Assembly (NCBI GenBank): GCA_038087875.1
Contig: CM075982.1
Span: 20,832,001 to 20,896,000 of the forward strand
Reading direction: 5' to 3'
From: Malacoraja senta
Taxonomy: Eukaryota
Length of the DNA stretch: 64,000 nt
Shown here: piece after piece, positions 38,401-53,400 of the stretch
Numbering within the stretch: position 1 is the stretch's first letter
Layout: the number at the start of each line of letters is the position of its first letter
Position numbers and translations under genes: made by a program
Notes under the pieces: model-generated
Databases searched by the model: none
Told to the model about the DNA's origin: nothing
Seen by the model: only the letters and a program-made list of their open reading frames with translations

Positions 38401-41400
38401 AATAAACAGAGTACAGAATACAATGTTATAGCTACTGAGAAGTGCAGACAAAAAAAGAAAAAGTGCAAGGGTCACATAGTGGTAGGGTGGGAGATCAGGG
38501 CTACACCTTAGCTTGTGAGAAGTCCTTTCAATAGTCTGATGACCGTGGGGAAGAAGCAGTTCCTCAATCTGGTGGTAGCGCAGGAATACTGATCTCATCC
38601 ATGTTCTTCTTGGTGTGGCTGATCCAGAGAGCTACTGTGAAGGCCATCTATGAGGGCTGGTGTAGGGCAGGCAGGGCAAAAGATGTGGCTTCTCAGCCCT
38701 GAGATCCATGGCTCAAGACTGCACAAAACCAATGTAATGATTGTGAGCGTGGAAAGGGCAGCAATGCTGCAACTTTTCATGGATTGCTGAATCCTATGGT
38801 CTCCCATCTGTTGGAAGTGATTGATGCTGCTGCTTCCCATCTCCTTGCATTGCTGCCCCCAGGTGAAGATTTTTCTGTCGAAACACTCGACAGCCAATGC
38901 TACAATTACCCCCTCTATTAGTGCTGATTCCAGTCTTACTTTTGTGCCTGGGAAAACATCCTGAACACTAAGTGGAATACCAGGGTAGGAATAACATGCA
39001 AGAAGTTTAAAGGGCAGCTGACACAGGAGCACACAAAGGTCTGTTGCTCTTTCCAAGGAGGACTTGTACTGATTCATTTTGAGGCTCTGACTGTATCTCA
39101 CTGTCTCCCTCCTCAGTGGCGATACTGTATCCGACTAGAGAACCTTGGGACTGAAGTGGTACAGCTTCGGGAAAGGCACTGGCGGATCTTTAGCCTGTCT
39201 GGGACGCTGGAGACAGTGCGAGGAAGAGGAGTTGTGGGCAGGGTGAGTACCATGTGATGCTGATTGTTGCCATCTCACTCCCCACTACCCCAGTATTCCT
39301 AAGAATTTACTCTTTAAAAATAAAGTGCAAGAATAACTCAGTTTCAGGCAGCATCTCCGGAAAACGTGAATTGGTAATATTTCATGTTGTGAGCCTTCTT
39401 CAGCCTGTGATGTTCTTTAAGATCATGCTTGATTTACTCTTTAAGCAAGCTTTACAATATTTGATTATATTAAGCTCCCCGTTCCATTTAACGCTCTGGT
39501 GTGCCCAAGGATTTCGTTAAGACTGGTAAAATAGAAGGGCTCGGTTTGAGCAATAAGCAGTTTGAAATGTGTATCTGATGTTGCTGCATCCCGAGGAATG
39601 TAAACAAAGTGTCTGGGGCACTTATTAATGGAATTAATGTGTTAATGGGTGACACTTAGCAAGTCTATCACTGGACAATGGATGCAGATATACTGTCTGC
39701 CTAGTGACAGTGGCATTGTTATCACATAGTGCTCAGTACACAGGTGTATAGTCAGGATTCAGCTATCACATAGCTTCCAAACCCAGTTCTTGATGATCCT
39801 CTTGACAGATGCATATTGCAAGAACTATGTTTACAGGGAACAATTTATTTAAAAAAATTAGCAAGTCAAACTAAGTTGTGAACTGATTTGCTAATAAAGA
39901 CATGTACTTATTTTCACCTGCAGGGGAGATCAGTGCAAAGTGCCTTAAGTAAAGCCTTGGGTAAAGTTACTATGTCTATATGGTGATGATGAGGATATGA
40001 AATCTGCTTTCAAATTAGTTTTTTTGTTAACACTTGGCCTCATAGTGCAGCAATTTATTTACCAGATTTTCATCAGCAAGGATTATGCAGACTAGTTTCA
40101 AGAAATTTGGCATGCTATAGTAAATTAAATCTTGCTAACCTCTAATGCTCCCGTGTATCTGCTCCCAGGCATGCTGTGTTTGGAGGTATCTGCTGGTGTG
40201 GCTTGTTCAGTTCAGAATACCTTTTCCTCCACCTTCAGGAGAAATACTGAAGCAGTTAAGGAAATCAACTCATCAAACTCCCACCACGAACTTTTACAAA
40301 GGCAATTGCAGATGAGCAGTACGCAAACTTTCTGCAAATGAGTAAATTAAAATATACAAATAGTTGATGTGATAAAACGCAATTAATTTGTTCTTGAGAG
40401 ATTTAAGAGGCTTCCTAAAATTTTGACTAGTTTATTATAATCTGTTTAAAGGTATCTTTCTTAGGATCAAGGATGACTTATTTTCACTGTGCATTTGTGC
40501 ATTCTGGGGTGGCTGAAATGATTGAGCAGCAAACTTATCCAAGATGGGGCAGTAGGTGACTGAAGGGGTGGGTGGTCTTTAGTTTGTAAGATGGTGTAAT
40601 TATTCTACCGCTAATACAGGGCTCATGTTTGTGCTCCCGAAGCCTTGAGGACTGGAGAAACACTGCTGGTCAGATTCAGTGGAACTCTTGCCAGAGTATA
40701 TTAGAGCTGTGCTGTAAGATGGAGAACACTCGGGAGTGAAGTTGAAAGGGAGATCTGATCATTCCAATTCAAAAATGAATGGAAAAGATAAATAAGGAAA
40801 TGTTATTGATGTGTTGATGACTATATTAGAAGGCAATCACAAAGGGAAGATGAGATGAAATACTTCCATTCACAAATGTTTGCTGAAGCTTAATAACCCA
40901 AATCATTTCTCCAGGACCTACTTTACAGCAGACATTGGGCAGACAGAGGTAATACATGGTGAACAGAGTTCATTATTGTAATCTCACTATAAACAGGAAA
41001 TTGGGATTCATGTCTCCAATATGGACAAGGACACATTGCCTGTGCTGAGATCTCTCTTGCTTTCTCCATGTTAATTCTAATGGGGATGACAGTGTTGCTG
41101 TATGTTGAAATCCATGCAGCCCAAGTTGTCTACCTGAGCTAGTCCCATTTGCCCATGTTTGGCCCATATCCCTCTCAACCTTTACTATCCATGTACCTGT
41201 CCAAACTTTGTAATTGTACCCGCCTCTACCGCTACCTCTGGTAGCTCATTCTCCATACCCTCCACCCTCTGTGTGGAAAAAATTGTCACTCAGATCCCCT
41301 TTAAATCTTTCACCACTCACCTTAAAATGTCCTCTACCCTAGGAACAAGAATGCCGTTATTCACCTCATCTATGCTTCTCGTGATTTTATGCATCTCCAT

Positions 41401-44400
41401 AAGGTCACCCCTTGGCTTCAATGCACCGGGGGAAAAACACTAGCCTATCCAGGCTCACCTTATAACTCATACCCTCCAGTCCCAATCATGTGAATCTCTT
41501 TTACACCCTTTCCAGCTCAATGACATTGTACCTAGGGTGACCTTGACTACTCTGCTATTAGGCCTCAGGCACTGAGAATTTAATTCAAGCTAATAGCAAG
41601 TGCTAACAGAAACGCTGAATATTCATGTCCTTCATTAACTCCAGCTCATAAAACCCATACTCCACTCTATTCCCTCTTCTTTGTATTTTCTGATTAAAAG
41701 GTAAATGTATTTTCTTTTCCGCTCTCTCTGTTTAGGAGCCGGTTCTATCGAAGGAGCAGCCTGCATTTCAGTACAGCAGCCACGTCTCACTGCAGGCACC
41801 CAGTGGTCACATGTGGTGAGTAAGCCCGTTGCTGCAGTTAGATCCAGCTTTGTGATTGCCTCACTGTTTGCTGCATTGCCTGGTTTCTATGAAATGAAAC
41901 CATTTGGAATGGAGTTGGTCTATCTGCACAAATATAGACCCTCTGTGTGGCACAGCAGGTAATCTGTGTGTTACAGACATACAAATGCAAAGGTCCCTCC
42001 TTTATCTAGCACTTGTATTTGCCAGGATGATTGGAGCAAGGTTGATACAATTGTCAGATTATCTAGCAGCAAAATCAACCAAGGTTCTTGTACTAATCAC
42101 TGAAGGGGCATTGCTGTGTGTGTGTGTTTTTGTGTAAGTGTAAATGTGTGTGTAAATTTGTGCATATCCAGGGAGCACCATCAGAGGATTATGGCCTGTC
42201 CCATGATTGATTTCTTGTTTTTGTGTGCACTTTCGGAACAAGAGAAACACATAAGGGATACTATTTCTTTGGGTGTTTGTAACAGCGGTGGAATGCTTTG
42301 ACTTAACTTTGGAGATATCCATTTTTAACTTCCAGCTGCCTGCTAGTATCCTGAAGCCTGAAACAAATGTTTACCTCTTCCTAACCAGGTGTCATGCTGT
42401 CGTTTCTTCACCACTACTTACTGCTCAAACCAACCAACATCTAACATTGTAATAATTGACAATCTTGTCAGGCATTTTTACTCCCCCTACCCCGCCCCAT
42501 ACCAGCATGGAAAGCCATGTGATTTTGTTTAAAGCTGCTGAAGCTTGCTTACTGTGAACCAATGTTTGAGGTTCAAATCTCTGCTTTAACAGTACAGCTT
42601 CCATCTATGGATAGAAAAATAGAGGTAATGTTTCAGGTTGAAGATCCTTTGTCAATTCTGAATCCTCAGCATTTTCTGTTTTGTTATTTTTAATATTTTT
42701 TTAATAGATTTTCAAACTTCCTCCCACTATCGGTCACCAGGGTTTACAGTTAAGGGCCTGTTCCACTTGGTCATCATTTACTCGACAGGCCGGTATTGAC
42801 TGACGCGCGACGGTCGCGTGCGTCATCATGCGTCCGCACAGCCGTCTGGAGCGCGTGATGTCATTTGAAGATAGACACAAAATGCAGGAGCAACTCAGCG
42901 GGACCGGCAGCATCTCTGGAGAGAAGGAATGGATGATGTTTCGGGTCGAGACTTCTTCAGTCCGAAGAAGGGTCTCGACCCGAAACGTCACCCATTGCTT
43001 CTCTCCAGAGATGCTGCCGGTCCTGCTGAGTTACTCCAGCATTTTGTGTCTATCTCCAATCGTCTTGGCCCCACTCTGGGAGTAGGAGTGGGGACAGATC
43101 TGGATCCACAATGGTCGTGAGCCCCAGGCAGAGGTCGGCGATCGTTTGCCTGCTTCTGCTGCTGTTGGAGGTGAGACGTTGCGCCGCGTCAGGGTCTTGG
43201 GCCTGTCCCACTTTGGCTGTCAGTTACGCGACAGGCCGGTGGCGCGCGAAGATTTCGTACATGACAAAATCCACACTCCTCCACACCACTCCATGCGCCT
43301 GTACCACGCTACCCACCCACTAGCAGGCCGCGTAAATGGCACGCAAATGACGGCCAAGTGGGACAGGCCCTCTAGTCACTAATGAAGTAGAGGTCCAGCC
43401 AGGAAGGCATGGGAGCCCCAGTGTCAAAACGGAACTATCCCAGAGACATATTCAGTGGGCAAAATTAGCATGCATTTGTTGTAGCTGTTAATTATGTGGT
43501 CACTTTTTGTGACTAAGTGGATAGATAGTCAAGTCAAGTCAAGTGAGTTTATTGTCATGTGTCCCTGGTAGGACAATGAAATTCTTGCTTTGCTTGAGCA
43601 CAACAGAACATAGTAGGCATTTACTCCCAAGGCATTCTATAAATATATACACAATGGTCAATATACTGATAAAGTGCAAATAACAGTATTGGCTAGTAAA
43701 GTTCAGTGTTATGTCCGAGCCAGGTTTAATAGCCTGATGGCTGTGGGGAAGTAGCTGTTCCTGAACCTGGTCGTTGCAGTCTTCAGGCTCCTGTACCTTC
43801 TACCTGAAGGTAGTAGGGAGATGAGTGTGTGGCCAGGATGGTGTGGGTCCTTGATGATGCTGCCAGCCTTTTTGAGGCAGCGACTGTGGTAGATCCCCTC
43901 GATGGAAGGGAGGTCAGAGCCGATGATGGACTGGGCAGTGTTTACTACTATTTGTAGTCTTTTCCTCTCCAGGGCACTCAAGTTGCCGAACCAAGCCACG
44001 ATGCAACCGGTCAGCATGCTCGCTACTGTGCACCTGTAGAAGTTAGAGAGAGTCCTCCTTGACAAACCGACTCTCCGTAATCTTCTCAGGAAGTAGAGGC
44101 GCTGATGTGCTTTCTTAATAATGGCATCATTGTTCTCGGACCAGGAAAGATCTTCAGAGATGTGCACGCCCAGGAATTTGAAGCTCTTGACCCTTTCAAC
44201 CATCGACCCGTTGATATAAACGGGACTGTGGGTCCCCATCCTACTCCTTCCAAAGTCCACAATCAGTTCCTTGGTTTTGCTGGTGTTGAGGGCCAGGTTG
44301 TTGTGCTGGCACCATATGGACAGTTGCTCGATCTCTCTTCTATACTCTGACTCATCCCCATCAGTGATACGTCCCACAACAGTGGTGTCATCAGCGAACT

Positions 44401-47400
44401 TGATGATGGAGTTCGCACTATGTCCGGCTACGCAGTCATGAGTATAGAGTGAGTACAGCAGGGGACTGAGCACGCAGCCTTGAGGTGCTCCCGTGCTAAT
44501 TGTTATCGAGATAGATAATAAGCAAGAGAGTGAAAGCCCTGTCCCACGGGCAGGTGGTTACTGGCGGTGACGCGCGGTGTAGCAGGAAGTTGGGACCGCC
44601 AGGGGACCGCGCATGGCCCGCAGGGTCGGTCCCACGCAGATCGCCGGAACCGTATGTAGTTGGTCCCGACACCGCGCGGTGCTCAGAAAAACTGACACTG
44701 TCCAAAAATCTTGGCCTGCCGACCAGCCACCGCCTCTTCACCGCGAGCACCGCCTGTACGCCGCGAGCACCGCCTGTCACGATGTCATCGCGTAGCACGT
44801 TGCGTTGCGCGATGACGTCATCACCCGACGCCGCGCTCGCTGCATGCATTCGCATGCTCGTGGGACAGGCCGTATGGTAAACACTCGGCCTCCGTGCGGC
44901 AACCGCTTCCGGTTAGGTTGCGCTTGCCGCATGCTCGTGGGACCGGCCATACGGTGAACACTCGGCCCCCCAGCGCGGCGCTCCCGCGGTAGCCGCGCGG
45001 TCCCTGCTTCCGGGGATACCGCGCTTCACCGCTGTTACCGCCTGCCTGTGGGACAGGGCCATGAGAGGTTGCCAAGTGTAGACAGGAATGTGGTACTGAG
45101 GTTACTATCACAGCATTGTCTTGTTGAATGATGGAGCTGCCCTTAGGGATATAGCATCCTACTTGTGCTCTTTATTCATGTGTTCATATGTGCTGATTAT
45201 CAATTTGTTGCTTGAAGGCCAAAACTAACTGAAGTATAAGGACATTCGTGCACTGCTCACAAAGGAAGCCGATGTTTTATTTAGCGGTCTAATTCACTGA
45301 TCACGAATTCAACTATGCTTGCAGGCTGAACGAGGTCATTAGTTTTGAGGTGTTTACGTGACTGCTGACTCTTTGCTTTTTGACTAAAGTTACTGACGGA
45401 CTTTTGTCTGCTGCCTGACTTGCTTCACTGCTGCTTTCCCGTTCTGGCTTCTGTCTCTTGGAGTGATTGTCCAGGCTGATGTATATTTTTTAATCCTTAT
45501 TCTTCTGCAGGATGTGAGTGTAGCTTGCAGAGCTGGCACTTTTTGCCCTTCCGCTGTGGCCATTTCAGAAAGCAGTTAAGAGCAGTTTGGAGCATCCACG
45601 TCACAGCACCAGAGACGTGGTTCGATCCTGACCTCGGGTGCTGTCTGGAGTTTACATGTTTTCCCTGTGATCATTGGGGTTTCCTCCCACATCCCAAAGA
45701 CTTGGAGAGTTGAAGGTTAATTGGCCTCTAAATTGACCCTGGTGTGTAGGGAATGGTGTGAAAGTGGAATAATGCGAATCTAGTGTGATTGAGGAATCAA
45801 TGATCAGCTTGGACTCAGTGGGTGAGGAGCCTGTTGCCATTCTGAATTAATGTTTATATCAATCTAATTAAATTCCATACACCATTGTTTTGCACAGTTT
45901 AACAGCTGATCAGTATTATCCTGTATTTTATGACTATCCTCTCATTATAGAAATCTTTGCTAATTTTCCTGTCATCGGCAAACTTGCTAACTCCAGCATT
46001 CGCGTTCAAATTATTAAATGTATATAACATACAGTAAGGGTCCCCGTGCTGATCCGGGCTTCCAAATACAGACGCAGACCATCTCCACCACCCTCTGCCA
46101 ATTTTTAAATCAATTTTATCTTGGATCCCATGAGCTTTAACCATTGGGGACAGTGTCCCATGTTTGACCTCGTAAAAGGTCTTGCTGAAGTTCCATTTGT
46201 CATTGCCCACCAATATATTTTGTTATTTCTGAAAATTGCAGTCAAATTGTTCAGATGGGATCATGCTGCCGCACCCGCTGAGTTTCCCCAGCACTTTTGT
46301 CTACCTTCCCTTTATTAAAGCCATACTTACTACCTATCATTGATCCCTGCCTATTTAACCGCAGATTAATCATGTTCATTAAAATTATTTCCAATAACCT
46401 GACATTGGACTTGCAGGTCTATATTTACCAGATATATCCCTGCGTAAAGGTACCAAATTTCCTGACCTCATCTTGTCACCTCACCTGTGGCCAATGAAAA
46501 ATGTATATATCTGTTTTGGCCCTTCCTCCCATAGCAACCTGGGACACATCTTGTCGTCTTTAATGATAACATCTTCCAGAATCCTCTCACTGAATCCCCC
46601 AGCTACAATTCCCTGGTAATATACGTGGGAAGCATTAATTTAACACCTTGCTTCCATCCTCTGGCTCCACACACACAGATTGCTGTTTTGATATCTAATT
46701 TTATGATTATTCTTTTCCCCTAAATATTACTTTAAATCTGCTTTGGGGTCTTCTGTTATCATGTCCATCAGTGATATTTCACACCCTCTCTTTTCTCTCT
46801 GAATTTCTCATTTAAATACCTCCATACAATTTCTGTACTGCTGAATGTCGTCCCCTATTTTCAGTTCTCTGTGCCTGCCATATGTTTGTTTTTTTGTCCA
46901 GCCATCCAGAGTTCCATGACTTCCCTGATAGCAACATGCTGGCCCTGAACTCTCCTACAATTTCCCTTTTGAATAACTACTTGTCAGATATAAAACTGCC
47001 TTTATGTAACAGTTCCCAAGCTACTTTTGTCAGGTGGTGTGCTATTGAAATTGAACTCTTCAATTTCAGGACCCGTTTTTCCCCAAACCATCCCCTTCCA
47101 AGGCCCTTTTCATAACTACCTTGAAAATTAAAGACACATTGACTCAACCTCCAAAATGCTCTCTTACTGACACTTTGGCCACCTGTCATTGACAGTCACT
47201 GATATTAGGTCAGGTTTTGACCTTTTTCCATCCAAGTACTGCCTCAAACAGCTTGCATGGATGCACTTAAAAATTCCACCCCTGCTACTTATTTCACACT
47301 AAAGCCATCCCATTTAATTTTGGGCATATTGAAACCCCCTATTATTATGGCACTATTACTCTTGCATTCTCTTTTATTTGTCGACATGTCTGCTCCTCTA

Positions 47401-50400
47401 TCTTCTGGGTGCTGTTACAAGGCCTGTTGTCTACTCCCAGCAGATTATTCATTCCCATTATTATTCAACCCTGGAGGGAAATTGGTCTGCCAACGGTCAC
47501 AACACACAGCAAGGTCCATCTACCTGGCCTTGAGATATCCTCCCTCATTTTTTTTTTCCAATAATGGATTCCCTAATCAACATTGCACTGCTACCTCCAT
47601 TGCATGCTGCCCTTTCATGCATGAGGATTTTACAGCTTGGAATGTTGAGCTACCAGTCCTGCCTGTATTTCAACCATGCATGCCTCTATAATAGCAACGA
47701 TCATACTTCCAGTTGTTGGGCAATGCTCCTTAAGTTTAACTGCTTTACCAGTCAGACTCCATGCTTTAACATAGATGCAATTTAAACTCTCATATGCCAG
47801 TCAGACTCCATGCTTTAACATAGATGCAATTTAAACTCTCATATGCCTGATCTCATCCATGACTGATCTGCATTCTTGACTTTCGTACCTTTGACTGCAT
47901 CTCACCACACCACTCACCTCTTCCTCCCAAACGGTACATATATTCTGTTTCCCATCCCTGAATACCTTAAGGTCATGCTCTTTTATCTGTGATCTAGCTT
48001 TTTAAATTTATGTTGCAAGAATTATCACATTTTTCTAAAATTGTTGGTACAAAAGTTGCCTACAACTTCTGTTTGTTCACCCTCTCCCCTTAGATTGCCA
48101 CACAACAGTCTTTTGACATCTTTGACCCTGGGGCACTAGTATGGCAACATACAATCCTAGATTCATGTTTATGGCTTTAGAGATACCTGAATTTCCATTA
48201 TTGTCAAGTATCCTACCACCATTGGCCTTGCTGCTTGTTCCTTCCTCGGCAGTTTAGTTGCTCTTGTGCCAGGTTGGACTTTTCGGAGAACATCCCCCTG
48301 CCCCCCCCCCACCACCCCATCCACCACTATCATCATCATTGTCCAACACAGAAATATTTTGGAGTTATATTCACTCTGATGTTTGCCTGACTACAGGCCT
48401 GCCTCTCTCCCTCTGCCTGGTGATCACCCATTCATTTTTTGACTATCTTTCCTTAAGTTGCTGAGTGGCTACCTCCTAATACCTATCAGCCGTATAGATG
48501 CACTGTAGTATTTGCAATGGCCATTCATTTTGTAAAACCCTGTGCTTAAACTGGCCCGACAGGAGGTACTTCCCACAGATGTGGTCATCCAGCCCACAAG
48601 GAGTGCCCTGGAATTCCCATGTGCTGCAAGTCATGCAACACACAGTGCTGCCATCGTTTTTGGTGTAGAAAGAACTCCTTAAAATGTAACCTGAAATGTA
48701 CCTAGTTTTATATAAACTACAAAATACTCACTAACTAACTACCAGACTTGCACCTATGTCCAGCTAAGGGCCAATGTCTAGAAAATTACACAGGTCCTGT
48801 CACCAAAGCCCTCTTAATCTTTTCCCTCAATACCCTCTCATCCCTGGAACCCCTAAATATCTGAACATCTATTGAGCTCTCAGCTTGAATATACACAACC
48901 ACTGATCCGCTTCATTTCCTTGAGTCCAAGAGCCCTGGTCCTGAATATGTGTCGTTTGTTTAACGTCCTCGAGAGATCCCAGGAACCTTTGTTACAGTCT
49001 CTCGCAAATATCTTTCCTTGGTTAGGGAGACCAGAAATTATTCCAGGTGCACTCTCATCGGGGCTTTATATACTTGAAACATAGCATATTCGTATCCTCC
49101 AGTAATTAAGGCCAACATTTCTTTTGCCTTTGTAATTGCTCGTTGAACCTACCTGTTGACTTTGTGACTAATATTCAGTGACATCTGGCTCCTCACAACA
49201 CCCATGCATTTAATTTCCTCCCTGTTTGGAATATCCTCCATTTCAATTTTTTAAACTAAAGCGAATGACTTCCCATTTCCCACATTACCTTGGGACAAGT
49301 GGGGTGCAACAAAGGTTCACATGGAGTCCTCGGTTTGAGAGGACATTCCTTTGAGAGATTAAGCACACCACACCAGGCAATCTGATAAATTTCTCTATTT
49401 ATCCTTCAGCTTAATTTTTTTTTAAATCGTGACATTTCACCAGGGAATTATAATATTGGTCATTGGGACAGTTATGAGGCAGTGAACAAAGCTTCACAAA
49501 AAAGTTGTTGGAAGCATCTTAAAGGAGATATAAAGATTTAAGATGGGTGGCTCTTCACTTAGACATTGACAGCCACTAACAGTGGAGTGGTGTAAGATGA
49601 GGATGCTCAGGAGGCTTTGGATGACTGGAAATAAAGATAGCTTGGAAGGTTGAGCTGAGAAGCTCCATGAAGGGTGGCACGCTGGCGCAGCGGTAGAGTT
49701 GCTGCCTTACAGCGCTTGCAGCGCCGGAGACCCGGGGTTCGATCCCGACTACGGGTGCTGTCTGTACGGAGTTTGTACGTTCTCCCCGTGACCTGCGTAG
49801 GTTTTCTCTGAAATCTTCAGTTTCCTCTCACACTCCAGACGTACAGGTATGTAGGTTAATTGGTTTGGGAAATGTAAAAATGATCCCTCGTGTGTGTAGG
49901 ATAATGTTAATAATAGTGTTAATATGCGGAGATCGCTGGTCGGCGCGGACCCGGTGGGCCGAAGGGCCTGTTTCCGCGCTGTATCTCTAAACTAAACTAA
50001 AAAAGTTCACTGGTGTTGTCATAAGCTAATATGCAGGACTTTTTAAAAATAGAAACAAATTGGTTTAGAGGTTGGAAGGTTGCCTTGTATGTCATTAGCT
50101 GGTGCTATTTCTCTGCCCTACTTTTTGGTGGCCTTGGGTTTGAGCCCGAGGGAGACTCCTAAATAGGAATAGACCAAAAACATAATGGAGACCCGTCCAC
50201 AGTTGGTGTCTCGGAAGTAAACTACAAAGCTCAGCTTGCTGCTGGTGTTGGCCTGTGAGATTTGTTGCTGTCTTAAAAGTCCATGCTAAATCTAAATTGT
50301 TCCTGCTGCATGGCTCCAATGGGCTTCCCGTGGAGCTGGTGCCAGTTTTATGCTAGATCACAGGCTAGCATGCCATCTGTTATATTGCTAAATCCAACCC

Positions 50401-53400
50401 TTCCTTCCCCTAGCAGAGTCTTCTGTTGAGGGTGGCAGCCACTGGTTTCAATGATGTGAATGTATTGTAAGCAGATGCACAGATAGTGAATGAATCTACC
50501 ATGCCCACAGGCTGCTGGACATATCCTGTCCAGGTGATAGGGAGCTTATGTTTGCAGCGATGATGCTTCCTCTGCAGTACATGACTGGCTCCTACTCGTT
50601 TTAGGTATCTTTCTCAGCTCATGAGATCTATTTTTTGTCAATTGTTCGACTGATTTTGTGCATTTCTTAAAATTTTGCTCTCTAAATTTCATTTGAGATT
50701 TTCATGCTCAGTCTTCGAATACAAGATGCATGAGATATTAGTTATGTTCTGGCATTTCCCCCCATGACCTTCTAATCTTCAATATGCAAATTGGGCTTCC
50801 CATATAATCCAGCCTAATTTTCACAACCTAATTATTCCGAACCACTTCAGTGCTCTCTGGTGGATTTATTCCCAGCTGTCCATGGGATTCAGCCAACTCT
50901 TGCTCAAAATTAATCTGGTGAATGTGCATGAGGATTAAGAGCAGGGAGAGGATTTACTGAATGGCTGGAATGTAGTTATGCAATACCATTGTTTAACAAG
51001 AGAAAGGGGACAACTGTGTAACTGTGGGTCCGTTGGGCTGCCAATGGTGGTGGGTAAAAGATGGATAAAATTCCAAGGGATGACATAAATTGAATATTGA
51101 TACGGTTGCAATTTTGTGGATCTTAGTGCGATGTTTGGTAGAGTCGACACAACAATCTGATCATCAAAGAGAAGGTCGATGGGATCTGGTTGAAAAATCG
51201 TCTTGGTTGAAAAATGAATTTGGTGGCCGAAAACAAAGATAATAGATGATAAAGGGTTTTAGTGATCAGAGGGTTGTATGTAATGGGCTTCCATAGAGTT
51301 CACTCATTTGTATTTTTGTAGTGCATTGGACTTGGATATAGTGGTCATAATCAAGATGTTCACTTCAGGTACCAGAATGAGTGGTGCCGTTGGTACTGAG
51401 GAGGAATGTTTTGGGCTGTAGAGGAGTTCAGTGGGACTCATGTGCAGATTAGCAGATGGGATTCAGTGCAATATACTGGAGCAGCGTGATCTCACTGGCA
51501 CTGTCATCAATTGGCCAACAGCGTCAGTGGGAAGGATGTGACAGCACCAGAGGGGTGCAGAGGATGGTACCAAGATGGAAATTATAATTGATGAGAAACT
51601 ATCATAGTAAAGATAGCTGTTACCATAGCGGTTACCCATGTCCCTTTACAGGAGGTAAGTGACAACGTTCATGAGAGGAGTTGGAGGAGGGAGAATGGTA
51701 TGCAGAGTCTGAAGAAGGGCTCCCGACCGGAAATTACCTATCCATTCCCTCCAGAGATGCTGCCTGACCTACTGAGTTACTTCAGCAATTTGTGTTTTGC
51801 AGGCAGAGATTTGTTTATTGATTGAAGTGTTGTGAGTTGCTGAAATGGTGAGGGCGGGCCACACTCCTTGATGACCGTCACAACCTGCTGGGTTACTGAC
51901 CGAGAGTTAGGAAATGCGTCACGAAATCCAGTCACTCTTGGCCAGCAAGGATACAATGAGCTGAATGATCTCTGCCAGAGCTGTACATTTCAGTAATTAT
52001 GATGTCCACTGGGGATTGCTTTAGAGACCTCTGTCTTGGGACTCAGCAATTTCTGCCCTTAGGATTTCTCTCCCCCCACCCTCATTACCCAACTCCTGGA
52101 GCCCATGTAGGGTTGTCTAGGTCACTGATTGCCTGCTTATGCTTTACTAAGTCAAAAAAACATACTTTGTGTATGCTAGGGTCACCCATTGAGCTTGATT
52201 CTCCTTTCCAGGAGGCTTGCTGCAGTTGGAGGTCTGTGTTAGACTTTCCCTTCCAGCCCCACACTTTCCAGCATGGCTGAGCTCAGGACAGACAGGGAAC
52301 CATCCCTTGAGTCTCAAGTGCAATATGTGGGGTCTGCAAACATTTTGTGATTCTCTTGTATCTCCTTAGGATCAGTGTCCTAATCATGTTTGCTCAAACT
52401 TCTGAGAGTTGTCTTGGGGTATTTTATTATATTACAAATGGTGCATTAGTTCTGAGAAAGACTGATTTGGATGGGAATGTGTTAATAAGAGCTTATCCAT
52501 GGGTACTGTACTCACAAGAGGCTATGAACAAACCTTCCCTTTAGATTTTATCCCAGTTAATCCCCTCCCTTCCCACTTCCCTAGCCTTACTTCCATAGAT
52601 ACTATAATCAGTTGTTGGGGGCCATTTCCGGAGACTGATCTTGTCTCTGCATTCCACAGGGGTTCCTATCGCTTTGAGAGCACCAACCGGAGTCTCCTCG
52701 ATGTTCGTATTCCACCATTCTCCCTCGAAAGCAAGAACGGCGACTCTCCCAATGGGTTCTTGCCAGGCCCATTCTCCTCCTTAACCTAAGTACGAGGTAG
52801 TTACTGCAGTCTCTCACTACAATGATAAAAAGTGTAAAGGTAGCAATAGACTTTGGGGAAATAGGTTTGTGCTGCCCCCATTCTGTGGACTGCCTTCCAT
52901 GGTAAAGAAGTTCAGTTAGGCTCCACAATAACCAGGAGGAGAGGTATCTGTTCCTGTTGGATAAAACTGACTATCACTGTAGAATGATGAGAATTTCACC
53001 AATTCATACTATGATGCTGTAATGATAGGTACATTTATGGCATTGCTGCAGCAGTTTGTAGACATGTATTACATGATTGGGCAAGGGCATACCATATAGT
53101 TTGTTAGTGCAAGAGTGTGATTTTTTTCTGTTCTCCTTTGTCAGTATTTTAAATAATCGCATCGATTACCATGCCTCATTTGCTGCCTCTGACCAATATT
53201 GAATGTACTAAGCAATATGTCAGGCTATTATCTAGGATTGTTGTAGGTGATCTCTGAATTAAAATGTCACCTTATTACTTCGAAGGAATATTGTAAGCAG
53301 TGGTACTGTTTCTTTAATTATTCCCCAATGTAGATGTCACCAGCAAGCCCACCATTTAATGCTCTTCCCTAGTCACCTTTAGGAAAGTGGTGGTGAGCAT

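Noticed and set aside
39924-39960. Possible 37-nt cassette exon in POLDIP2 intron 9
   Set aside because: The acceptor is plausible but the donor (GTAAAG) is weak, it is frameshifting and it has no homology; insufficient support.
43709-44473. 254-aa ORF as a host gene
   Set aside because: Rex1-like LINE reverse transcriptase fragment.
49672-49760. tRNA gene
   Set aside because: It is the tRNA-derived head of a SINE and continues into the SINE core and tail.
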